Part shown: one piece after another, positions 1 to 6,582 of the stretch
Position numbering within the stretch: the stretch's first letter is position 1
Layout: every line of letters begins with the position of its first letter
From: a virus
Lineage: Duplodnaviria; Heunggongvirae; Uroviricota; Caudoviricetes
Length of the DNA: 10,164 nucleotides
Reading direction: 5' to 3' (one strand)
IMG/VR virus record: IMGVR_UViG_2617270946_000003
Program-made: the position numbers and the translations under genes
The notes under the pieces: model-generated
Seen by the model: the letters and a program-made list of their open reading frames with translations, nothing else
Told to the model about the DNA's origin: nothing
Databases searched by the model: none

Positions 1-76
1 CCTCACAGTTTATCCCGCCATATTCGTTGCTGGCTGCATTTCGTACTGCAAGAATCTCTTTTCCCTTATCCACCAT
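1..76 (-). CDS. Partial ORF immediately downstream of the tail fibre gene (3' end beyond window edge); function unknown, by position possibly a tail fibre assembly/chaperone gene
   Basis: On the minus strand the fibre stop TAG (87..85) is followed directly by AGGAGG (84..79) and ATG (76..74), with in-frame GTG at 73..71. It reads MVDKGKEILAVRNAASNEYGGINCE to the window edge. Not recognised as lambda Tfa. Confidence 0.35.
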   Translation of the reverse strand, partial: MVDKGKEILAVRNAASNEYGGINCE

Positions 77-84
77 GACCTCCT

Positions 85-1323
85 CTATGATATGCGCTGA
101 AATAATCCTGCCTGTCTGATACCCGGAGATGATGTCCATAGCATCGGACCACATGCACGCCACGTGCCCGGTAAACGGGTCTCCCCCACATTACCGGAAG
201 CAACCAGGGGAGTACCATCCGAAAGGCAACATGCAGACAGTGATGAGCCGGCAATGGCTGAGCCCGGTGCCATATCCCCCGAATAACTCGTCGCATAATA
301 TGCCGCAAGGACAAAAGAACCGACACCAAACAGTCCGCTGTCAGGACTTCCTGACGGTCCCTGAGGTCCTGCCGGACCTGCGGCTCCCGTATCTCCTTTT
401 GGCCCCTGAGGCCCTGCCTGACCTGCGGCTCCCGTATCCCCTTTTGGCCCCTGTGGTCCTGCCGGGCCTGCAGCTCCCGTATCTCCCTTTGGCCCCTGAG
501 GTCCTGCCGGACCTGCGGCTCCCGTATCTCCTTTTGGCCCCTGAGGTCCTGCCGGGCCTGCAGCTCCCGTATCTCCCTTTGGCCCCTGAGGTCCTGCCGG
601 ACCTGCGGCTCCCGTATCTCCTTTTGGCCCCTGAGGCCCTGCCTGACCTGCGGCTCCCGTATCCCCTTTTGGCCCCTGAGGCCCTGCCGGGCCTGCGGCT
701 CCCGTATCCCCTTTTGGCCCCTGAAGCCCTGCCGGGCCTGTATCCCCCTTGTCGCCCTTCGGTCCCAGTGGTCCGCCCGGATCGCCCTGCTCACCTTTCG
801 GACCTGTATCCCCCTTATCGCCCTTGTCACCTTTATCCCCTTTCGGCCCCGGTGGCCCTGCCGGGCCTGTATCGCCCTTGTCCCCCTTCTGTCCCTGTGG
901 ACCAGTTGCTCCGGTGTCGCCTTTCAGTCCCTGTGGCCCCACGGCAGTTTCGGCTTTCTCAGCAGCTTCTCGCGCCCTGCGCACAGCCTCATCCGCCGCC
1001 GCTTCCAGCTTCTTCAGTGCATCAGGATAATACGCTGCATCCGTTTCACGGAGCAGAAAGGCATTCAGGGTGCCCGGTTCGTCGTCGGCCATGACATCAA
1101 TCTCGCCGGCGCATGCCGGCTGACGACCTTCCACGCACAAGGTCACACGATAACGCCCCGGCTCAACCTGCATGCTGTAACTGCCCGTTTCGCCTGGCTG
1201 GTGCTCTGCCACCGTGGTGACTATCACCGTCTCACTCGTTCGCGTGGCTTTCAGCTCTATGGTGCAGTCCGGTACCGGTTTTCCTGTACCATCCTTCAGC
1301 ACACCTGAAATCTGTACTGACAT
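85..1323 (-). CDS. stf: Side tail fibre protein with collagen-like (Gly-X-Y) repeat shaft; N-terminal ~100 aa resemble the lambda Stf N-terminal domain
   Basis: 412-aa ORF with ATG at 1323..1321 preceded by a G-rich SD. N-terminus [17 protein letters not shown]...GTLNAFL resembles lambda Stf ([26 protein letters not shown]...GTLNDFL, from memory). Followed by a charged helical segment, then ~65 Gly-X-Y triplets and a ~95-aa non-repetitive C-terminus. Confidence 0.85.
   Translation of the reverse strand: MSVQISGVLKDGTGKPVPDCTIELKATRTSETVIVTTVAEHQPGETGSYSMQVEPGRYRVTLCVEGRQPACAGEIDVMADDEPGTLNAFLLRETDAAYYPDALKKLEAAADEAVRRAREAAEKAETAVGPQGLKGDTGATGPQGQKGDKGDTGPAGPPGPKGDKGDKGDKGDTGPKGEQGDPGGPLGPKGDKGDTGPAGLQGPKGDTGAAGPAGPQGPKGDTGAAGQAGPQGPKGDTGAAGPAGPQGPKGDTGAAGPAGPQGPKGDTGAAGPAGPQGPKGDTGAAGPAGPQGPKGDTGAAGQAGPQGPKGDTGAAGPAGPQGPSGSPDSGLFGVGSFVLAAYYATSYSGDMAPGSAIAGSSLSACCLSDGTPLVASGNVGETRLPGTWRACGPMLWTSSPGIRQAGLFQRIS
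359..718. repeat. Eight near-identical head-to-tail copies of a 45-bp unit (15 codons, [15 protein letters not shown]-type) inside the fibre gene
   Basis: Unit cctgaggtcctgccggacctgcggctcccgtatctccttttggcc begins at 359, 404, 449, 494, 539, 584, 629 and 674. Units at 359, 494 and 584 are identical, as are those at 404 and 629. More degenerate 9-bp collagen triplet repeats continue to ~942. Confidence 0.92.
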
Positions 1324-2096
1324 ATTCCCCCCACAAAAAAGCCCACCAGAACCGGCGGGCTGTCATAACTCTGTGTTACCTGGCTATGGTAGTTCACCGT
1401 CATCTGCTGACCACCAAACTGCTCCGCATCCACCTGCATCCCCACAATGGCCGTGTTCGGGTAGCACTGTTTCACATCGATGATTTCGGTGTATGACGAC
1501 CACAGCGTTCTGTTCTGCAGCTGGTCCGTGGTGCTGTCCGCCGTCTCCCTGACCATCCGGATGTTAAAGGGGCGGGGAGGCAGATTATCCAGAATCACCG
1601 AGGCCAGGAACTGTGAGGTGGTCTTGCCGTTAATGGTGACATCCTTTTCTGTCACCCAGTTACCGTTACGCTGTAACTGAATCAGCAGACGGACAGAGGA
1701 CGGATTACGGTCACCCTTTGACGTGGTCTCCACCAGTGACTGCACCCCGAAGGTCACCCGCAGGCGGTCAATGTTCGCTGACGTAATGGTGCGTGTTACC
1801 GGTTTTGCCCTGGTCACTTCGACACCCAGTACAGTTTCAGAGCCGGAGGACTCAAAGCCTTCCGGTGGTGTCTGCTCCTGCTCCCCGGCACGCCAGACCG
1901 CGGTCACACCGTGTATCACGGGATTACCGTCCGTGTCCGTCAGCGGGGTTTTGTTCACCAGAATACTCTGCAGGCTTTTCACCGGGCCTTCTATCGGTCC
2001 CTCACCAATCGCATCAATCACGCTCATCATCTGCGTGGATTTGAGATTGTCTTTCGCCTCACGAGGCGTGTGTGCCTTACCGCCACCTTTTCCCAT
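1296..2096 (-). pseudogene. J: Truncated central tail fibre / host specificity protein J: only the N-terminal ~236 codons, then ~30 unrelated codons to a stop
   Basis: MGKGGGKAHTPREAKDNLKSTQ...NIRMVRETADSTTDQLQNRTLWSSYTEIIDVKQCYPNTA matches the lambda J N-terminus (MGKGSSKGHTPREAKDNLKSTQ..., from memory) at roughly 80% identity. Similarity stops after ...QQMTVNYH (~1385). Lambda J is 1132 aa. SD GGGGAAGG precedes the ATG at 2096. Confidence 0.85.
1333..1361 (-). terminator. Hairpin plus U-tract just upstream of the fibre start codon (putative intrinsic terminator/attenuator)
   Basis: Minus-strand RNA AGCCCGCCGG-UU-CUGGUGGGCU followed by UUUUUUGU, ~10 nt before the fibre ATG. Stem includes two G-U pairs. 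Confidence 0.4.
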
Positions 2097-2194
2097 ACAG
2101 CCTTCCCCTGAATAAATTAACCGCCACTTGCCATTCCGTACAGAAGTCGGATATCCTTCGCCCGAAAAGCATGAAACACATTTCTGCCATGCTA

Positions 2195-2236
2195 AAGAGA
2201 AACCCCGGTATCAGCAGATACCGGGGTTTTCTTTCA
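2195..2236. terminator. GC-rich perfect inverted repeat with U-rich flank on both strands (possible bidirectional intrinsic terminator) in the I-J spacer
   Basis: aaccccggtat (2201..2211) / cagcag loop / ataccggggtt (2218..2228): 11-bp perfect stem. Followed by ttttctttc on the plus strand and by UUUCUCUUU on the minus strand. Confidence 0.45.
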
Positions 2237-2301
2237 TGCCCACCGATAATCCTGTTGGTTAAAACCGGTAATGGCATAAAAATTCTGAATATCTTCACAT
2301 T

Positions 2302-2329
2302 TTCACAAACTGACCGTGGCGCGTATAAT
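2302..2329 (+). promoter_or_regulatory. Sigma70-like promoter on the plus strand (antisense to the late operon)
   Basis: TTCACA (2302..2307), 16-bp spacer, perfect TATAAT (2324..2329), in an AT-rich context. Predicted start near 2336. Confidence 0.4.
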
Positions 2330-2335
2330 TTCTCT

Positions 2336-2441
2336 GCGTTAATTTTTTTGTCGTGATATAAGAATAATTCCTTACACTTAATCTTCGTAACTCTCCCGCA
2401 GTTCCTGTCCGCGATCACTGCGGGATTTTTTTATTCTTTTT
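2336..2441 (+). ncRNA. Candidate ~100-nt non-coding transcript between the predicted promoter and the plus-strand terminator
   Basis: No ATG-initiated ORF between 2336 and 2424 on the plus strand. Bounded by the promoter (2302..2329) and the terminator hairpin (2395..2424) plus T-tract. Purely a sequence-based prediction. Confidence 0.25.
2395..2441 (+). terminator. Plus-strand intrinsic terminator abutting the 3' end of gene I
   Basis: Stem cccgcag (2395..2401) / ctgcggg (2418..2424) followed by tttttttattcttttt (2426..2441). On the minus strand the A-run precedes the stem, so it is oriented for plus-strand termination only. Confidence 0.5.
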
Positions 2442-3105
2442 ACCCCTGCCGCCCGATAACCACGACCTTTCCGCCCCCGCCTTCATCACGGGTGCTGATG
2501 TCCTGGGATATACGGCGGGAGCCAACCAGCATTTCCCCGTAAGGCACCGGCATCGGGTTCCCCTGGGCAATCATGTTATCCAGCGAGGAAAAGTACGTGT
2601 TCTGTCTGCCGTTATCCGTTGCGCGGTAATCCGGTGTTTTTGCCTTCGGGGCCAGCATCTGGGCCACACCGCCCAGTATCATGCTGGCACCCAGTGAAAA
2701 CAGCATCGTGGTGGCAGAAAAACCACCGGCACTCAGGGCTGTACCCCATAACGCCATCGAGCCTCCGGCCGTGAAGAAAGAGCCCACGATGGCTGCCGCC
2801 CCCAACACAATCTGCAGTCCACCCTTTCCGGCCCCGGCCAGTCGCGGCACAATGTGGATGACCGTTCCCTCACCCAGCTGTTCGTGAAGGCGGGCGTACA
2901 CCACCTCCGGTGCCGTGTCTTCACCGGCAATACGTATCTGGTACCAGCCTTCGTTCATCTGAAGGCGAAAGCCCGGCATCTGCATCGACAGGGCGCGAAT
3001 GGCTTCCGCTGCCGTGTTCACATACAGGCTGAGGCGGCGGCCAAATCGTTGTAAATCCCCGTGGTTGCCCACGGTTGAGCCAGAGATAACAGCTTCCACC
3101 ATCAT
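2440..3105 (-). pseudogene. I: Tail assembly protein I homologue lacking its native N-terminus (first ~15 codons come from the FII/I deletion junction)
   Basis: From residue ~16 (GDLQRFGRR...) to the C-terminus (...GGKVVVIGRQG) it resembles lambda gpI (223 aa, from memory). The ATG at 3105 lies inside FII-derived sequence in another frame. Stop TAA at 2442..2440. Confidence 0.75.
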
Positions 3106-3391
3106 CCGGCGAAACCCGGTCTATCCAGAAGTTTTCCTCACCGATGGTCAGCGTGTCTCCACGCCGCAGTTGCCGCACATCATCAGTCCGGACAAACAGG
3201 GACGGGCTGGAGCCTTCAACGCGCACGCCCTGTCCGGCATAGCTGATATTTTCAGGGTCATCAAAAACACCACGTATTACTGCGCCGGACTGCTCACCGG
3301 ATGTCATGGTGGCTGACGTTCCCATGTACCCGCGTATCGTTTCATCGGCGCGGGCAATGGCAGCATCGAACAGGTTATCGAAATCAGCCAC
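2921..3391 (-). pseudogene. FII: Head-tail joining protein FII with altered 3' end: ~110 lambda-like codons, then read-through into gene I sequence out of frame (156-aa chimeric ORF)
   Basis: MADFDNLFDAAIARADETIRGYMGTSAT...EENFWIDRVSPDDGGSCYLWL matches lambda FII (117 aa) and diverges after ~residue 110. GTG start at 3391 with SD GGGAGG 4 nt upstream. The FI-FII gap is 11 nt, as in lambda. Confidence 0.8.
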
Positions 3392-3402
3392 AGCGCCTCC
3401 CG

Positions 3403-3798
3403 TTATTGCATTCTGGCCAGGCCGCGCTCTGTCATTTCAGCTGCCACACCGGCAGAGACACGGAACGCCGTTCCCGGCAGCACAAATGCCACAGTGTCAT
3501 CCCGCGTGGCGTGAAGTGCATCAGTATGCAGCGTCACCAGTGCCACGACCGTGACCAGAGCAGCCGTATCAATCACGGTATCCGGCTGCGCTGATACCAC
3601 CTCATTTTCATGTCCGGTCAGCGCATTTTCCGGGCTGACAGATGTGTCCTGACCGGCAGCGTCATCCGTGTCATCAAGCTCCTCTTCCAGCTCTGCCACA
3701 CGGAGCACCAGTTCTTCTTTCGTCCCCGTCAGGCTGACATCACGGTTCAGTTGCTCACCCAGCACCTGAAGACGGGCAATCAGTTCATCTTTCGTCAT
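3403..3798 (-). CDS. FI: DNA packaging / head assembly protein FI
   Basis: 131 aa from the ATG at 3798 (MTKDELIARL...AEMTERGLARMQ) matches lambda gpFI (132 aa). SD GGAGGAG upstream. The upstream extension in the ORF track (MALRGHF...) overlaps a hairpin and is not taken as the start. Confidence 0.9.
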   Translation of the reverse strand: MTKDELIARLQVLGEQLNRDVSLTGTKEELVLRVAELEEELDDTDDAAGQDTSVSPENALTGHENEVVSAQPDTVIDTAALVTVVALVTLHTDALHATRDDTVAFVLPGTAFRVSAGVAAEMTERGLARMQ

Positions 3799-3807
3799 GG
3801 ACTCCTC

Positions 3808-3837
3808 CACAGAGAGAAAATGGCCCCGAAGGGCCAT
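3808..3837 (-). terminator. Stable hairpin with UUCG tetraloop plus U-rich tract directly after the major capsid gene stop (attenuator or mRNA-stabilising element)
   Basis: Minus-strand RNA AUGGCCC-UUCG-GGGCCAU (3837..3820) followed by UUUUCUCUCU, in the 41-nt gap between E and FI. Confidence 0.4.
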
Positions 3838-3839
3838 GA

Positions 3840-4865
3840 TTACGCCAGTTGTACGGACACGAACGCATCAGGATCAGCCAGCAGCATCAGCGGTGCTGAC
3901 TGAATCATGGTGAACTCACGCGCCGGATCGCCGGTGGTCACCCAGTTTTTCGGGTAGCGGGCAGAGGCGTTAATACCTTCGCGCTGTGCGTCCGCATCCT
4001 GAATGCAGCCATAGGTGCGCAGACCGCGTGCCTGAGTGTTCCCCAGCACCATCGTGTTGTCCGGCAGGAAGTTCTTTTTGACGTCGTTTTCCACGTACTG
4101 TCCGGAATACACGACGATCGCCGTATCGCCATACATCCCCTTATAGGACACCGCTTCGCCCAGGTCTTTTACCGCTGTCTCCAGCTCGGAATTAGAGCCG
4201 CGACGGGTATCCAGCTTCTCCTTGACGGCTTTGAAGGAACGGAACAGCGCCCAGCCTTTCGGATCAAACACGATGATATTCACCACGCCGCTGGCGTTCA
4301 GCGCGTAGGCTTCGATATCGTCGGTCGGGTCATACGTGGACTTGTCACGCTTGCTCCACTCCGTGCCGCCGGACTGCGTGATGTTGTTCGCCGCACTGCG
4401 GCCCATATCCACCTCAACCGGATCGAAGGCTTCACCGGTCATGGTGTATTTGCCCTTGAGCACGGCAGAAACGGCCTGCATCTCTTCGACCTGAGCAATG
4501 GCCAGCTCTTCGTCACGCATGTTCTGCATGATGATGCGACGGCGGCGGTAAGTCGGGTCCGCCAGATTCTGCGGATCTTCATCCGGCAGGCGACGCAGGG
4601 TCATCTGCGGATTCACTTCATGCTTGGGTTTGACATATCCCGGCGTAAATTCAGAGGTGGAGCCGCCACGGGAACGGATAACCTCACCGGAAACAATCGG
4701 CGAAACGTACAGCGCCATGTTTACCAGTCCCGGAATTTGTGAGAGATAGACTTTCTCCGTAGTGAAGGGATAGCTCTCACGGAAAAAGAGACGCAGAAAC
4801 AGCGGATCAAACTTAAATTTCTGCTCATTTGCCGCCAGCAGCTGGGCGGTTGTGTACATCGACAT
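3840..4865 (-). CDS. E: Major capsid protein E
   Basis: 341 aa, MSMYTTAQLLAANEQKFKFDPLFLRLFF...FVSVQLA, essentially lambda gpE, with identical length and identical gaps to D (55 nt) and FI (41 nt). Confidence 0.97.
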   Translation of the reverse strand: MSMYTTAQLLAANEQKFKFDPLFLRLFFRESYPFTTEKVYLSQIPGLVNMALYVSPIVSGEVIRSRGGSTSEFTPGYVKPKHEVNPQMTLRRLPDEDPQNLADPTYRRRRIIMQNMRDEELAIAQVEEMQAVSAVLKGKYTMTGEAFDPVEVDMGRSAANNITQSGGTEWSKRDKSTYDPTDDIEAYALNASGVVNIIVFDPKGWALFRSFKAVKEKLDTRRGSNSELETAVKDLGEAVSYKGMYGDTAIVVYSGQYVENDVKKNFLPDNTMVLGNTQARGLRTYGCIQDADAQREGINASARYPKNWVTTGDPAREFTMIQSAPLMLLADPDAFVSVQLA

Positions 4866-4871
4866 AAAAAA

Positions 4872-4903
4872 ATCCCGTAAAAAAAGCCGAACAGGCGGCC
4901 TTT
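4872..4903 (-). terminator. Hairpin plus long U-tract in the D-E intergenic region
   Basis: Minus-strand RNA AAGGCCG-CCUGUU-CGGCUUU followed by UUUUACGGGAUUUUUUU immediately before the E ATG. Confidence 0.3.
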
Positions 4904-4920
4904 AGTGATGAAGGGTAAAG

Positions 4921-5253
4921 TTAAACGATGCTGATTGCCGTTCCGGCAAACGCGGTCCGTTTTTTCGTCTCGTCGCTGGCAGCCTCCGGCCAGAGCACAT
5001 CCTCATAACGGAACGTGCCGGACTTGTAGAACGTCAGCGTGGTGCTGGTCTGGTCAGCAGCAACCGCAAGAATGCCAACGGCAGCACCGTCGGTGGTGCC
5101 ATCCCACGCAACCAGCTTACGGGTGGAGGTGTCCAGCATCAGCGGGGTCATTGCAGGCGCTTTCGCACTCAATCCGCCGGGCGCGGTTGCGGTATGAGCC
5201 GGGTCACTGTTGCCCAGCGGCTGGTAATGGGTAAAGGTTTCTTTGCTCGTCAT
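4921..5253 (-). CDS. D: Head decoration protein D
   Basis: 110 aa from the ATG at 5253 ([12 protein letters not shown]...TAISIV), near-identical to lambda gpD. SD AAGGG 6 nt upstream. The ORF track start at 5259 (MFM...) is 2 codons too long. Confidence 0.95.
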   Translation of the reverse strand: MTSKETFTHYQPLGNSDPAHTATAPGGLSAKAPAMTPLMLDTSTRKLVAWDGTTDGAAVGILAVAADQTSTTLTFYKSGTFRYEDVLWPEAASDETKKRTAFAGTAISIV

Positions 5254-5262
5254 AAACATCCC

Positions 5263-5868
5263 TTACACTGGTGTGTTCAGCAAATCGTTAACGGCATCAG
5301 ATGCCAGGTTACCTGCAGCCAGCGGTGCCGGTGCCCCCTGCATCAGACGATCCAGCGCAGTATCACTGCGCGCCTGTGCACTCTGTGGTGCTGCGGCCAG
5401 AATGCGGCGGGCCGTTTCCACGGTCATACCGGGGGGTTCTGCCAGCACGCGGGCCTGTTCTTCGCGTCCGTGAGCCTCCTCACAGTTGAGGATCCCCATA
5501 ATGCGGCTGTTTTCTGCCGCAACCGCAGCGTTGATCTGCGCGTTCACGTCCGGCTGCGCCGCGCTGGCGTTTTCGCCCTCCATCGCTGGCACCACGCCAG
5601 TAACGTCAGCCTGCGAAGCAGTGGCTGAAACAGTTGTTGATTGAGTCTCTTTGGTCATTCGCCCTCCTGAGAGACGGGATTTACGTGCATCCAGTGCATC
5701 ACGCATGATGGTGATCGCATCGGTACTGTTAACAAGTTCATCAGCCAGTCCGGCATCAATGGCCTCCTGACCGCTGTACACTGCAGCCTCGGTATCCAGC
5801 ACAGCCTGCACGGACAGGCCGGTATATGCCGACACCTTCTGTGCAAACATCCGGCGGGTTGCATCCAT
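5263..5868 (-). CDS. Nu3: Scaffolding protein Nu3, nested in frame within the 3' third of C
   Basis: In-frame ATG at 5868 (MDATRRMFAQ...) gives 201 aa sharing the C stop, the same length and arrangement as lambda Nu3. No strong SD is visible, so confidence is lower. Confidence 0.6.
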   Translation of the reverse strand: MDATRRMFAQKVSAYTGLSVQAVLDTEAAVYSGQEAIDAGLADELVNSTDAITIMRDALDARKSRLSGGRMTKETQSTTVSATASQADVTGVVPAMEGENASAAQPDVNAQINAAVAAENSRIMGILNCEEAHGREEQARVLAEPPGMTVETARRILAAAPQSAQARSDTALDRLMQGAPAPLAAGNLASDAVNDLLNTPV

Positions 5869-6582
5869 CCGGGACTGCAGTGTTTCCCGGACATCATCCG
5901 GTAGATGGCTGTAGGGGTTGCCATCCACCTTATGGCTGCCGCTGTAAATCAGCGTGATTTCCACGCCCTGTTTCTCCAGCGCAGCACCGTAATTACTGTG
6001 AGCCATCATGACGCCGATGGAGCCTGTCCGGGCGGTCTGCGTGACCAGACGCCGGGAGGCGGCACTGGCAAGCAGCTGACCTGCGCTGCAGTTCATGTCA
6101 TTGGCCAGCGCCCATACCGGCTTTATGTCACGCACACGGGCGATGATGTCAGCGCAGTCAAATGCCCCTGCCACCATTCCGCCGGGCGTGTCCATATCCA
6201 GCAGAATGCCGTCCACCATCGGGTCGCTGGCAGCCTGTTGCAGACGGGCGATAATGCCGTTGTAACCAGTCATCCCCGAATACGGCTGCAGCGCCCGCGT
6301 CCGGCAGACCAGCGTGCCGGAAACCGGCAGCACGGCGATGCCGTTCATGACCTGATAACTGCGGGCCTGTCGTGGTCCGTCATCATTAACGGATAACGCC
6401 AGCTTCGCGGGTGCCTCTCCGGCAGTCAGGCTGTCACCGGACACCGCATCCGTCAGGCGGCTGATCCCAAGCTGGCCTGCAAGCGCACAAAAGAAAACCC
6501 GCGCATAGGCGGGTTCAAGCATAAGCGGCTCATTAAAGGCCATGCTGGCAATATGCGGGAGATTACGCAGCTCTGCTGTCAC
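5263..6582 (-). CDS. C: Head maturation protease / scaffold C
   Basis: 439 aa from GTG at 6582 (VTAELRNLPHIASMAFNEPLMLEPAYARVFF...), near-identical to lambda gpC. SD GGAGGA 5 nt upstream. Overlaps the end of B by 20 nt, as in lambda. The ORF track start at 6717 is an upstream artefact. Confidence 0.92.
   Translation of the reverse strand: MTAELRNLPHIASMAFNEPLMLEPAYARVFFCALAGQLGISRLTDAVSGDSLTAGEAPAKLALSVNDDGPRQARSYQVMNGIAVLPVSGTLVCRTRALQPYSGMTGYNGIIARLQQAASDPMVDGILLDMDTPGGMVAGAFDCADIIARVRDIKPVWALANDMNCSAGQLLASAASRRLVTQTARTGSIGVMMAHSNYGAALEKQGVEITLIYSGSHKVDGNPYSHLPDDVRETLQSRMDATRRMFAQKVSAYTGLSVQAVLDTEAAVYSGQEAIDAGLADELVNSTDAITIMRDALDARKSRLSGGRMTKETQSTTVSATASQADVTGVVPAMEGENASAAQPDVNAQINAAVAAENSRIMGILNCEEAHGREEQARVLAEPPGMTVETARRILAAAPQSAQARSDTALDRLMQGAPAPLAAGNLASDAVNDLLNTPV

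Noticed and set aside
359-718. Possible CRISPR array, given regularly spaced repeats
   Set aside because: The units are contiguous direct repeats with no unique spacers, sit inside an ORF and encode Gly-X-Y triplets, so this is a coding tandem repeat.
129-1094. 321-aa plus-strand ORF and 254-aa minus-strand ORF (66..830) overlapping the fibre gene
   Set aside because: They are alternative-frame readings of the GC-rich collagen-repeat DNA (proline/leucine-rich or arginine-rich low-complexity products). The fibre frame has the recognisable N-terminal domain and a proper SD/ATG.
2077-2418. 113-aa minus-strand ORF and 94-aa plus-strand ORF (2072..2356) in the I-J spacer
   Set aside because: Both run through the perfect inverted repeat and the promoter/terminator elements, begin at non-ATG codons or lack an SD, and overlap the J start. 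They are more likely chance ORFs in AT-rich non-coding DNA.
5194-6396. Plus-strand ORFs of 144 and 163 aa (5194..5628, 5905..6396) antisense to C and D
   Set aside because: They lie entirely within strongly supported minus-strand genes, have Cys/Arg/His-rich composition typical of antisense frames, and have no RBS.
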